Below, one piece after another: positions 19,255-28,480 of a stretch of 64,000 nucleotides of DNA. The stretch is taken from the sequence record MT446415.1. The stretch is one strand, 5' to 3'. How positions within the stretch are numbered: position 1 is the stretch's first letter; every line of letters starts with the position of its first letter. A program made the position numbers and the translations under genes. Source of the DNA: Escherichia virus TH44. The notes below the pieces were generated by a model. It saw nothing but the letters and a program-made list of their open reading frames with translations. It was not told where the DNA came from and made no database searches.

Positions 19255-19536
19255 ATGATGAATGATTACCGTAAAAATAAAGAACTGGCTAACGCAGTAA
19301 ATGATATCCATAAAGCTATTCGTCGTGCCGAGGAAATTGCAAACAAATATGAGACTCATTTTAATATATACCCTGCTCGCGGTATGGGCGGTGACTATTA
19401 TTCTCCTGGCGCCCTGAAAGCTGACCTTGCTCATTGGGAAGAACATGGTCATCCTGAATGGGCTATTGTTAATACTCATGACTATACAACTGACCTGGAA
19501 AAAGGCGGTTGGGTGTCCTCCTCTTCTGAATGTTAA
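19255..19536 (+). CDS. W-SS-C tail family paralog 2
   Basis: 93 aa from ATG after previous stop; ends ...GGWVSSSSEC. Confidence 0.6.
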   Translation: MMNDYRKNKELANAVNDIHKAIRRAEEIANKYETHFNIYPARGMGGDYYSPGALKADLAHWEEHGHPEWAIVNTHDYTTDLEKGGWVSSSSEC

Positions 19537-19544
19537 GGAATGTT

Positions 19545-19742
19545 ATGTCTCGTGAATTAGATTGTGCAATCCGTACTGCTGCGGCAGCTATTGAAAACGT
19601 TATCCAGATTTGTAAAGAAGAGCGTGAAGAAGCTGATATCTATATTGACGGTCAGCGTAATCTGGAACGTCATATCACGCTTTATAATGGTTGTATTACA
19701 ATTAGTGGTACCTCTTGGGTGTCCTCCTCTTACGAATGCTAA
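19545..19742 (+). CDS. W-SS-C tail family paralog 3
   Basis: 65 aa; ends ...TSWVSSSYEC; taaggaa SD. Confidence 0.6.
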   Translation: MSRELDCAIRTAAAAIENVIQICKEEREEADIYIDGQRNLERHITLYNGCITISGTSWVSSSYEC

Positions 19743-19751
19743 GGAAATAAA

Positions 19752-19970
19752 ATGACTACTAAAACTGTTAAAGAAATTGAAGACCAAATCCGTGCACTAA
19801 TCTGTGAAGGTGAACAACTGGCCGATAAAACCGGCGAACACTTCTGTAGCGGTGGCGAAGAATATATTCCAGCTTCTAGTCCGGAATATAACGATTACGA
19901 ATGGGTTCGTGATGAATATTGTATTCCAGAAGGTGAAGGTTTCTGGTTTAACTCCTCTATGTCTTGCTAA
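19752..19970 (+). CDS. W-SS-C tail family paralog 4
   Basis: 72 aa; ends ...GFWFNSSMSC. Confidence 0.55.
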   Translation: MTTKTVKEIEDQIRALICEGEQLADKTGEHFCSGGEEYIPASSPEYNDYEWVRDEYCIPEGEGFWFNSSMSC

Positions 19971-19979
19971 GGTGATAAA

Positions 19980-20213
19980 ATGACTACTGCTGTTGAACAT
20001 GCTGAATTAGAAAAAGCTGCCCTTGAACTGGCCGCGCTGTATAAGAAAGTAAAAGATATGGCTTTTGCTCAAGATTTCGGTGTCGAGCTTGATGATTATG
20101 ACGGCGAAGTTCGTCTTGAAGATTGGTTGAATAGCTCTTGTTACGGTGAAGAAGCTGGTCGTACCTTCGTTGCTCGTGCCGATGGTAAAATCTGGTATCC
20201 GAGTAGCTGCTAA
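19980..20213 (+). CDS. W-SS-C tail family paralog 5
   Basis: 77 aa; ends ...KIWYPSSC. Confidence 0.55.
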   Translation: MTTAVEHAELEKAALELAALYKKVKDMAFAQDFGVELDDYDGEVRLEDWLNSSCYGEEAGRTFVARADGKIWYPSSC

Positions 20214-20258
20214 AATTATCACAAGGATGTGATAGGAGGACTTATGTGCAGAAATTTA

Positions 20259-20288
20259 GTGTACAAGCCTAAAGAAACGTAGTATCAT
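20259..20288 (+). promoter_or_regulatory. early-promoter cassette (gtgtac-N18-tatcat)
   Basis: Preceded by perfect 7-bp palindrome tatcaca-agga-tgtgata (20217-20234). Confidence 0.5.
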
Positions 20289-20316
20289 TATCTCGTCAAC
20301 TAATGAGGAAAATATT

Positions 20317-20484
20317 ATGTATAATGTTCTTATTGTTTTTGTCACTCACCCGCAAGGTGGAGTAAGACAGAATACTTCTCAAGTGGTTCAATTTTCTTCA
20401 CTAGAGGCCGCCAATCTTGCTGCCTCACGAATTGAAGCGAAAAAATCGGCACTTGGAAAATATGAAGTAACTCGTCTTTACTAA
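20317..20484 (+). CDS. small hypothetical protein (55 aa)
   Basis: Below track cutoff; ATG after leader aatgaggaaaatattATG, which also precedes the 20498 and 21517 genes. Confidence 0.45.
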   Translation: MYNVLIVFVTHPQGGVRQNTSQVVQFSSLEAANLAASRIEAKKSALGKYEVTRLY

Positions 20485-20497
20485 TGAGGAAAATATT

Positions 20498-21457
20498 ATG
20501 ATGTTAGTTATTGGTTCTCGTGCATTACATAACGCTGGTCTGATTGAAAGTCAGAAAATTGAAAACTCTGATTGGGACTTTATCGCTGACCAGGGTTCTT
20601 GGAACCACTTTAAAGCACGTATGTTCGGGGCTCATGTTCCTGTGGATAACCCTAACGTCCAAGCTTTTAAATGTATGTACAATGGCAAAGAAACCTATTT
20701 TGAAGCTTATATTGTCCGTGCCCTGACCAATGTCAGAGAAATTACTGGTGAGCTTCAAGACGAAGATTTCACCTCAAGTTATCGTCTCTTGAAATACGCT
20801 GAAAATCATATTAAGAAAGACCGTCTTACAGGTTTCTATTGGGCGACGCCTGATATTTGCCTGGCGATTAAATTGTCTCATCGTTACCTGAAGAACAATC
20901 CATTCTTCCTGAAGACCATGAGTCATATTAATTACCTTCGCAATAAGGGTGTTGTTCTTAATGATGAACTGCAAAAAATCATGCTACAGCGTCAGGCAGA
21001 AACATTGTCATATAGTCACCCTAAACTAGACGTGGGCAAGAAAACTTTCTTTAATGATACAATCTATACCCTTGACCATGACTCCATCCACGAGGCCGTG
21101 GCGCTTGCTGATAAGCCTGCATATAAGTTCTATATGAAGGATGATTCAGAAGTCATGACCTCACGTGAAAAATTTGAAGCACTCCCTGATGTTATTAAAC
21201 TGGCAGGGGTTTATGAAGAAGCATGTGTGCTCGCTCTGGAGCGTTCGCAGGTTCCTAATGAGTTCAATATCTCTCCATCCGTGAGCTTCCATGTTGCGCT
21301 GGAAAAAGTCTGCACCTCCATTACTTCTGGATGGTTCCGTGAGTACGCCTGGGAACATTACCAGGAAGTGGTTAATATGTATAACACCCTGGGTCGCGAA
21401 GACTATGTTAAACGCTTCAAGGCTAACCAACATTTAATTCGCCCTTTCACAAAATAA
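20498..21457 (+). CDS. hypothetical protein (319 aa)
   Basis: N-terminus LVIGSRALH...ENSDWDF weakly resembles a nucleotidyltransferase G[S]...D.D motif. Confidence 0.6.
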   Translation: MMLVIGSRALHNAGLIESQKIENSDWDFIADQGSWNHFKARMFGAHVPVDNPNVQAFKCMYNGKETYFEAYIVRALTNVREITGELQDEDFTSSYRLLKYAENHIKKDRLTGFYWATPDICLAIKLSHRYLKNNPFFLKTMSHINYLRNKGVVLNDELQKIMLQRQAETLSYSHPKLDVGKKTFFNDTIYTLDHDSIHEAVALADKPAYKFYMKDDSEVMTSREKFEALPDVIKLAGVYEEACVLALERSQVPNEFNISPSVSFHVALEKVCTSITSGWFREYAWEHYQEVVNMYNTLGREDYVKRFKANQHLIRPFTK

Positions 21458-21516
21458 GTATGTACATCCAAGTGGGACCATGACACAATGGTCCCACAAT
21501 CAATGAGGAAAATATT

Positions 21517-22203
21517 ATGAACAGTCCAAAAACTTTTAATTCTCAAGCTCGTGCAGTAGGCGGATTTGCAGGTCATATTTCTAATGATGATATTAAAAAC
21601 GAGCCTATGTTCTTTAACTGTGATTTGAATTTTGCTGCACAAAATGGCGGTCCTATTACTCGTAGCTTTATTACTAATCTCCCTGATGAGTGGAAAGCCG
21701 CTGAATGTGTATTTGATTCTCGGGTTCATATGTTGATGCCTGGTTGGTATCCTGCTATCCCAGGGTATCATCATGACGATGTACCACGCCCAGATATTCC
21801 GGTTGGTCAACACTTTATTACTGCAGGGCAACCTGATTATGATAATCCTCGTTACCATTCTGAACATATTCTTGGTCTTGTTAACGCTGATGTGTGTCCT
21901 ACTTATTTTGCAACCGGAACTGCACAATTTAGTCAGATTCCTGAAGGCGAACTTATCTATCGCCAGTGGCATAAAGAAGTTCTGGAAAAAATTGAGTCCA
22001 ATGAATTAACCAAGTGGGATGCTCCTGACCGTACGTTGCTCCAGTTTGATTGGCAGACATGGCATACAGGTTCTCGCGCAGTAAGTAATGGTTGGCGCTG
22101 GTTTGGTCGCGTATCTCGTAAAACTGACCGCGTTAATAAAATCACCAATGAAATTCGCGTTAATGCTCAAGTATATCTGGAATTCCCTATGGAGGGCTGG
22201 TAA
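21517..22203 (+). CDS. hypothetical protein (228 aa)
   Basis: Preceded by hairpin gtgggaccat...atggtcccac and the shared leader. Confidence 0.6.
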   Translation: MNSPKTFNSQARAVGGFAGHISNDDIKNEPMFFNCDLNFAAQNGGPITRSFITNLPDEWKAAECVFDSRVHMLMPGWYPAIPGYHHDDVPRPDIPVGQHFITAGQPDYDNPRYHSEHILGLVNADVCPTYFATGTAQFSQIPEGELIYRQWHKEVLEKIESNELTKWDAPDRTLLQFDWQTWHTGSRAVSNGWRWFGRVSRKTDRVNKITNEIRVNAQVYLEFPMEGW

Positions 22204-22790
22204 TGGCCCTTTATGAACCTGGGTGTATGGGTGTTGATGTAAACTTCATCCGTCGCCCAGAAAATGCAGGAATTATTGTCTCAAGAGACGAATTTATGAT
22301 TACCAAAAGATATTGGGCGGACCTTGATGATGGTGATGAAGGAATCAAGGTTGAAAACGTTGATTGGTCGCGATGCAATCGTCATGTGAAAGAGCTTTTA
22401 ATTAAGGAATATAAAATGGGATATATTGTTAATGGGTATCAACCGGAACCACTCAAAGAACAGACACCCGACCCATTAATTTCTTATAGCAAGAAATATG
22501 GATTTCGTACCTGGAGTGATGAATTTGATAAGTTAATTTGTTCCAGGTTTTATGCCTGGTCTGGAATCTTATTTTTACCATTCCTGTGGTTTTTCCTGAC
22601 AGGTAAAAATGAAGCATCTGTAGCTGTAATGGGCGCGTGCTTTTCTACTGCTCTTGCTGGACTTATTGCATCATTTTTATGGACTATGGTTATTGAAGTA
22701 CCTTTTCGTATTTCTAAAGTTAAAAAGGTGTACGACGATATCACTAAGAAAAATACATTGAACTCTTTTATTGAGGAATGCCGTAAATGA
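22203..22790 (+). CDS. membrane protein
   Basis: 195 aa with predicted TM helices; ATGG overlap with upstream stop. Confidence 0.6.
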   Translation: MALYEPGCMGVDVNFIRRPENAGIIVSRDEFMITKRYWADLDDGDEGIKVENVDWSRCNRHVKELLIKEYKMGYIVNGYQPEPLKEQTPDPLISYSKKYGFRTWSDEFDKLICSRFYAWSGILFLPFLWFFLTGKNEASVAVMGACFSTALAGLIASFLWTMVIEVPFRISKVKKVYDDITKKNTLNSFIEECRK

Positions 22791-23023
22791 GTATTGCAAT
22801 TTATATTAAATCCGAGTCATGTGATTCTTATCTGTATTCCTATGACACCGGAACATCAGAAGAGAAAATCAAAGAAGATTTAGAAAGTGATTTGGATATG
22901 TTCTGCCCAATTTCCGATTATATGGTCCAAATATCTGATAGTGAAAGTCCGTCAACAGAAACACGCGTTGAAATTATTATGGCCGAAATCTTTAAAAAAT
23001 CTTGGGAACGTGATGATGAGTAA
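22787..23023 (+). CDS. acidic small protein
   Basis: 78 aa ORF overlapping nudE start. Confidence 0.5.
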   Translation: MSIAIYIKSESCDSYLYSYDTGTSEEKIKEDLESDLDMFCPISDYMVQISDSESPSTETRVEIIMAEIFKKSWERDDE

Positions 23024-23468
23024 GAAAGTGAAGGAATTATCTGCTGGCATTATTTTCATGACCGAAGATAAAGAGTTATTCATGGGTCGTGTGACTGGTT
23101 CTCGTAAACCAGGTATGCCTGCGCACAAATGGGACATCCCTAAGGGTCATGTTGAAGCTGGCGAATCACCGATTGAAGCTGCTATCCGTGAAACCGAAGA
23201 AGAAACTGGGTTTACCCAATACGACCCGGCATTCTTAAAAGACCTCGGTGAATTCCGTTATTCAGATAATAAAAACCTTCACCTGTTTTTATATACGGTT
23301 CCGGTTGAGCATGAACAATTCAGACATAGTAAATGCTCTGCATATCATACCTTCCCGGATGGTAGTACGGTCCCAGAGTTCGATGCATTTGCTCTGATTA
23401 AACCGAGCCAATGGCAGTATGTGATGGGCAAATCGATGTACAAGGTAATGACTCAAATTTTCGGATAA
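23013..23468 (+). CDS. nudE: Nudix hydrolase NudE
   Basis: 151 aa; Nudix box GHVEAGESPIEAAIRETEEETG; directly upstream of e as T4 e.1/nudE. Confidence 0.85.
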   Translation: MMSKKVKELSAGIIFMTEDKELFMGRVTGSRKPGMPAHKWDIPKGHVEAGESPIEAAIRETEEETGFTQYDPAFLKDLGEFRYSDNKNLHLFLYTVPVEHEQFRHSKCSAYHTFPDGSTVPEFDAFALIKPSQWQYVMGKSMYKVMTQIFG

Positions 23469-23493
23469 TAAATACCCCTATATAAGGGGGTAT
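23467..23493 (+). promoter_or_regulatory. late-promoter-like box (aataaata) plus RBS-sequestering hairpin of the lysozyme gene
   Basis: Hairpin atacccc-tatataag-ggggtat ends 1 nt before the e ATG and contains its SD; 7/8 late box overlaps the 5' arm. Confidence 0.55.
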
Positions 23494-23494
23494 T

Positions 23495-23986
23495 ATGAAT
23501 ATATTCGAAATGTTACGCATAGATGAAGGTTGTAAGTTGGATTTGTATAAAGATACCGAAGGCTATTGGACCATTGGTATCGGGCAATTGATAACTAAGA
23601 ACCCATCAAAAGATGTAGCTCGTGCTGAGCTCGACAAGCTTATGGGTCGCGTCTGTAATGGTCGCATAACCCAGCACGAAGCTGAAACATTGTTTAATCG
23701 TTCGGTCGAAAAAGCTAAAGCCGGAATCTTGAGGCATCCTGTCTTAAAACCTGTTTATGATGTACTGGATGAAGTTCGTCGTTGTGCGCTCATTAATATG
23801 GTATTCCAGATGGGTGTTGCCGGGGTAGCTGGTTTTCCTAAGGGTATGCGATTGCTGAAGGCTAAATCATGGGAAGCCGCTGCTAAGGAACTAGCTGACT
23901 CAAGATGGTATAAAGTCCAGACTCCGAATAGGGCAAAACGAGTTATCGAAACTTTCCGTACTGGAACTTTTGACGCATACAAATAA
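23495..23986 (+). CDS. e: endolysin (T4 lysozyme)
   Basis: 163 aa; [12 protein letters not shown]...[18 protein letters not shown]...[14 protein letters not shown], near-identical pattern to T4 gpe. Confidence 0.97.
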   Translation: MNIFEMLRIDEGCKLDLYKDTEGYWTIGIGQLITKNPSKDVARAELDKLMGRVCNGRITQHEAETLFNRSVEKAKAGILRHPVLKPVYDVLDEVRRCALINMVFQMGVAGVAGFPKGMRLLKAKSWEAAAKELADSRWYKVQTPNRAKRVIETFRTGTFDAYK

Positions 23987-23994
23987 GGTAAAAT

Positions 23995-24264
23995 ATGAAA
24001 ACGTATCAAGAATTTTTGGCTGAATCTGTATTAAATGAATCAGATGAAAGTCGCATGGCATTTTTAGCTAAGAAAGAAGGCTTTGAGTTTACTTCTATTA
24101 AAAAAGTTAATGGAACTTCATTTAAAGTTGGTGATTGGACCTTTGGTAACAAAGGAAATGGCCAGTGGCAAATTGTAGATAAATCTGGCAAAGAAGTGGA
24201 TTATTTGTTTAATCAGAAATTGGGTGATATCGCTAAACTTATGGGTCAATACTCTAAGAAATGA
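23995..24264 (+). CDS. CTS-tagged internal-protein-like protein
   Basis: Starts MKTYQEFLAES. Confidence 0.7.
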   Translation: MKTYQEFLAESVLNESDESRMAFLAKKEGFEFTSIKKVNGTSFKVGDWTFGNKGNGQWQIVDKSGKEVDYLFNQKLGDIAKLMGQYSKK

Positions 24265-24293
24265 TGTACATCTCCAAACGATAGGGTTATAAT
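24264..24293 (+). promoter_or_regulatory. early-promoter cassette (atgtac-N18-tataat)
   Basis: Leader ccctatcaactacggagaataaacATG before denV. Confidence 0.5.
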
Positions 24294-24319
24294 GACCCTA
24301 TCAACTACGGAGAATAAAC

Positions 24320-24736
24320 ATGACTCGTATTAATTTAACCCTGGTATCTGAACTTGCCGACCAACATCTTATGGCTGAATACCGTGAACTTCCTCGCGTG
24401 TTTGGTGCGGTTCGTAAGCATGTGCAAAATGGTAAAAAGGTTTCTGACTTTAAAATCCCATCATCTTTTCTTTTAGGGACTGGTCATGTCACCTTCTTTT
24501 ATGATAAACTTTTGTTCCTTAAAAACCGCCATCAAGAACTTATTGCGGAATGTTTAAAGCGAGGGTTTAACATAAAAGATATTTCTACCCAGGATTTAAA
24601 TGATATTCCTGATGAATGGAAGAATGATTATCAACCATCAATCTGGTCAATTGAAATCAGTCAAGCCAGACTGAATGAGAAAATTTCTCAAAAGCCTACC
24701 TGGTACAAATACTATGGGAAAGCTGTGTACGCTTAA
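24320..24736 (+). CDS. denV: endonuclease V (pyrimidine-dimer DNA glycosylase)
   Basis: 138 aa; [35 protein letters not shown]...[13 protein letters not shown], near-identical to T4 DenV. Confidence 0.96.
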   Translation: MTRINLTLVSELADQHLMAEYRELPRVFGAVRKHVQNGKKVSDFKIPSSFLLGTGHVTFFYDKLLFLKNRHQELIAECLKRGFNIKDISTQDLNDIPDEWKNDYQPSIWSIEISQARLNEKISQKPTWYKYYGKAVYA

Positions 24737-24754
24737 TTAAAAAGGTTGTATAAT
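24725..24754 (+). promoter_or_regulatory. early promoter (gtgtac-N18-tataat)
   Basis: Overlaps denV 3' end; TG immediately before the -10. Confidence 0.5.
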
Positions 24755-24784
24755 GATTTTATCAACCAAACAATGGAATATAAA

Positions 24785-25048
24785 ATGAAAACTTATCAAG
24801 AATTTATTACTGAATCTGCCAAAGCTCCTGCTGGTTCTTTTAAAGTTCGCGCCTTCGCGGGTGATGCTGAAGACTTTGGCACCATGAAGCGTAACGGTTA
24901 TTCTTTCTTTGGCGGAGATGGTAAAGAAATTGTAACCTATGCAAAACGTCGCGAAATCGCATTTGTGGTTGCTGGTAAGAAAGTTGATGTTGACGATATT
25001 GAATGGGACTTTGAGACCTTTGGTATTGTTTCTGGCGGTAAAGCATAA
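24785..25048 (+). CDS. CTS-tagged internal-protein-like protein
   Basis: Starts MKTYQEFITES at internal ATG of track ORF 24746; C-terminal ...FGIVSGGKA tail shared with the 10775 gene. Confidence 0.7.
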   Translation: MKTYQEFITESAKAPAGSFKVRAFAGDAEDFGTMKRNGYSFFGGDGKEIVTYAKRREIAFVVAGKKVDVDDIEWDFETFGIVSGGKA

Positions 25049-25050
25049 CT

Positions 25051-25079
25051 GTTTACTTTATGATGGGATAGTGTATAAT
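25051..25079 (+). promoter_or_regulatory. early-promoter cassette (GTTTAC-N17-TATAAT)
   Basis: Best match to a T4 early promoter in the window; gggata/ttatccc repeat; conserved leader. Confidence 0.6.
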
Positions 25080-25107
25080 TATCCCATCAACTACTGAGGA
25101 GAATAAA

Positions 25108-25305
25108 ATGTTAACTTATAAAGAATTTATGAAAGAAGTTAAAAAACTTAAAAAGACTTCTGGTGATGTTAAAATTGAAATCCATGGCCAAACCGTAAAT
25201 GCGGTAGCGGATGGTCAGGCATTAGTTCTTTATAGTGATAAAGACCAAGAATTTCGCGAAGCACAAAAGAAAAAATTTACCGTGTGGCTCAAAAAAGCTG
25301 TTTAA
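25108..25305 (+). CDS. CTS-like small basic protein
   Basis: Starts MLTYKEFMKEV. Confidence 0.6.
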   Translation: MLTYKEFMKEVKKLKKTSGDVKIEIHGQTVNAVADGQALVLYSDKDQEFREAQKKKFTVWLKKAV

Positions 25306-25313
25306 GGACCAAT

Positions 25314-25613
25314 ATGAAAACTTATCAAGAATTTATCACAGAAGCCAAAGCCCCTAAAGCATTCCAAATTGGAGTCCAAGGCAATTTAGACCAACAATAT
25401 GTTGATGCTATTGTAGCAAGCCTCGGTAAACAGGGTGTACAAGTGGATTTGGTTGATTTTACTAAAGGCAATACTTTTAATATTGTCACATCTAAAGGTT
25501 CTTTAGCTAAAGTTAAAAAGGCCTTTGGTGTAGCACAAGCATATGAAATCGACCACTCTGAATTGGAAAATAAAGGTCGCCAGAACACAATTAAAGGTTC
25601 TGGTTCTTTCTAA
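25314..25613 (+). CDS. CTS-tagged internal-protein-like protein
   Basis: Starts MKTYQEFITEA at internal ATG of track ORF 25284. Confidence 0.7.
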   Translation: MKTYQEFITEAKAPKAFQIGVQGNLDQQYVDAIVASLGKQGVQVDLVDFTKGNTFNIVTSKGSLAKVKKAFGVAQAYEIDHSELENKGRQNTIKGSGSF

Positions 25614-25777
25614 TAAAGGCAAGCCGACCCTCTCCTCATGAACTTCGTGTCCTCTGAGTGATGGACCTTTCCCTACCTGTAATAAGGTCGAGCCCAAGTG
25701 CGGTAAAGGGTTTACATACGGATACATGGACGAATTATGTGCCAAGGAATGGCCCCACAACTTAAAAAGAGACAATT

Positions 25778-26323
25778 ATGAAAACGTTTTTAACCGGTAG
25801 TTATCTATCCCTGATGAATGCTTTTGCAAACCATTCTGATGCTAGAGTAGAACACATTTGTAATAGTGGGTTTTATGTACCCGATTCGCAAACCTTGTTT
25901 AAAGAATGTTGCACCTTAAAACTTGATGGTGGGCGCCAATCTGGTAAAACTAAAGCAGTATCCATTTTTGCTACGGAATGGTTAGCTGATGGCGGCTCTA
26001 TTGTTATTTTGTCTAATAACACGGCATATGCTAATGTTTCGGCTACTGCAATCCGAAAGGAATATTTTAATAACCATACAGAAAGTATTAAGCACCGCTT
26101 GTACACTGATTCTGTTCGTAGTTTTATTGGTAACACTGCATGTAAATTCCGTGGATTATCACTTTCACGGGTTCTGTATATAATTGATGAGCCTGTTAAA
26201 ACACCTGATATGGATAAGATTTATGATGCCCACATAAAGGTTGTGCATTATTGCTGCCGTGCATCATGTGAAGAAACCAATCAAACCACACGCCCTCTGT
26301 TCTTTGTGATAGGAATGCAATGA
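25778..26323 (+). CDS. small P-loop NTPase-like protein
   Basis: Walker A-like GGRQSGKT and Walker B-like LYIIDEP. Confidence 0.55.
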   Translation: MKTFLTGSYLSLMNAFANHSDARVEHICNSGFYVPDSQTLFKECCTLKLDGGRQSGKTKAVSIFATEWLADGGSIVILSNNTAYANVSATAIRKEYFNNHTESIKHRLYTDSVRSFIGNTACKFRGLSLSRVLYIIDEPVKTPDMDKIYDAHIKVVHYCCRASCEETNQTTRPLFFVIGMQ

Positions 26324-26619
26324 TGACCCATGAAGAGCTTTTTGACCAAATCTATTTTATTCCAAAGGTTAGGTCAGAAGATTTCGTAAAGAATTTTGAA
26401 ATCTTTAATAAAGCAAATTTCTTTGAGTATGTGTTTTTGTCTGGGCCTTTTAATGGGTCCAGATTTCGTTGCACTGCTCCGAGTATTCGCTTGATGAAGT
26501 TGGTTCCTTACTTTACTCTGGAATTTATTTCTGGACCGTGTAAGGGTATTATCACTCGTAGCCTCCTGACCTATGACCAGGATGTGCGATTAATTAGTGA
26601 CTGGAAAAAATATGTCTAA
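26320..26619 (+). CDS. hypothetical protein
   Basis: 99 aa, overlapping start/stop with neighbours. Confidence 0.55.
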   Translation: MMTHEELFDQIYFIPKVRSEDFVKNFEIFNKANFFEYVFLSGPFNGSRFRCTAPSIRLMKLVPYFTLEFISGPCKGIITRSLLTYDQDVRLISDWKKYV

Positions 26620-26826
26620 ATTGACTATTGAAGGTTCTGATGCAGCCCTGAAAAGATTTGTTGAATGGTTTAATGGCCCAGGTGAACAAGACTTTCTGGA
26701 AGTCTGGAACGGTGGACAGTGGAATGGTAAAGAAATAGTTTACCCAACTACCTATATCTCCGTGCAAGGTTGGACTGAAGGCCTTCGTTTGGTAGAATAT
26801 GATATCGCAACTGGCGAGGAAGTGAA

Positions 26827-26830
<4 letters not shown>
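26612..26830 (+). CDS. hypothetical protein
   Basis: Internal ATG of track ORF 26597. Confidence 0.5.
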
Positions 26831-27409
<579 letters not shown>

Positions 27410-27410
<1 letters not shown>

Positions 27411-27439
27411 TGTACAAGCAGGTTGAAATGAGTTATGAT
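27410..27439 (+). promoter_or_regulatory. early-promoter cassette (gtgtac-N18-tatgat)
   Basis: Leader tatcccatcaaacaaaaggagataatcATG. Confidence 0.5.
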
Positions 27440-27466
27440 TATCCCATCAAACAAAAGGAGATAATC

Positions 27467-27925
27467 ATGACTACTATCGATTCAAGTGTTTACATTCGCC
27501 GCAATAAACTTCGTCGCATTTTTGAAACGGAGTTCCTCAAAATTAATAATGCTATCAACAAGGCTTGTAAAGAAGCAGGCCTTGAAGCATTCTTCATTAA
27601 GTACAGTCCACACCTGTTGGACCGTGCAATCCAACGTGAAATTGATGAACAATATGTTTTTGACTTGTTTGGAAAAATCACACCACATGTAAAAGAAATC
27701 GTTGAATTCCTGGAGATGAAACCACTCCCGGAAGTTGAAGCACAAATTGACCCGAATGTGAACTATCGTCCACTTCGTCTGGAAATCACAGACAAGAACC
27801 TGTGGTTAGGAATGACAGTTAACCCAGCTCTTCCTGGGAAGTCTCCGACCATGTGTTGTCGTATGGCGTTTGTTAACTCTAATCGTCTGGAAGGAAAAAT
27901 TAGCACAAAAGTGATTTATATCTAA
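27467..27925 (+). CDS. hypothetical protein
   Basis: 152 aa from ATG after aaggag. Confidence 0.6.
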   Translation: MTTIDSSVYIRRNKLRRIFETEFLKINNAINKACKEAGLEAFFIKYSPHLLDRAIQREIDEQYVFDLFGKITPHVKEIVEFLEMKPLPEVEAQIDPNVNYRPLRLEITDKNLWLGMTVNPALPGKSPTMCCRMAFVNSNRLEGKISTKVIYI

Positions 27926-27935
27926 TGGGGAATTC

Positions 27936-28478
27936 ATGAAAAAAGTAATCGCCACCTTACTATTGACAGTTAGTATGTCTGCCCATAGCGTAGAGCCTAC
28001 TTTCAGTAATGAACAAATGGGGAACCTCCAATATGCTTATGCGTTTGGAGAACAGTTCCAGAAAAATGGTAAGTACAAAGAAAATCCGCACCAACATAAT
28101 GGTTTGGGATATATCATGGCTGGTTTAGCCTGGCAGGAAAGTTCTGCTGGGATTAATACTGGATTAAATAAAGATAAGCATCATGCATATGGTATATTCC
28201 AAAATTATCTTCCAACCGTGCGCGAACGCGTGAAACAGGTTGGGTGGACAATGACAGATAAAGAAATAATCAAGATGATAAGCAAGAGAGAGAACAGTGC
28301 ACGCTGGGCTTATATTGAGCTTTCATACTGGTTGAATATTCATAAGGGGGATATAAGGAAAACACTATCATCATATAACGCAGGGTGGAATGTGAAAGCT
28401 GGTAATACGTATGCTTCACAGGTCCTAGAAAAAGCTAACTACTTAAAATCACGAGGCCTATTAAAAACGGTGGATTAA
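27936..28478 (+). CDS. secreted lytic-transglycosylase-like (SLT-domain) protein
   Basis: N-terminal signal peptide MKKVIATLLLTVSMSAHS; motifs AWQESSAG, GIFQ and SSYNAGWN resemble SLT-domain motifs. Confidence 0.6.
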   Translation: MKKVIATLLLTVSMSAHSVEPTFSNEQMGNLQYAYAFGEQFQKNGKYKENPHQHNGLGYIMAGLAWQESSAGINTGLNKDKHHAYGIFQNYLPTVRERVKQVGWTMTDKEIIKMISKRENSARWAYIELSYWLNIHKGDIRKTLSSYNAGWNVKAGNTYASQVLEKANYLKSRGLLKTVD

Positions 28479-28480
28479 AA

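Noticed and set aside
19054-19536. Long 160-aa reading of track ORF 19054-19536 (also 39174-39695, 22887-23468, 62453-63028)
   Set aside because: These long frames overlap the preceding genes extensively; internal ATGs directly after the upstream stop with SD-like sequences give products matching T4 homologs or paralog lengths
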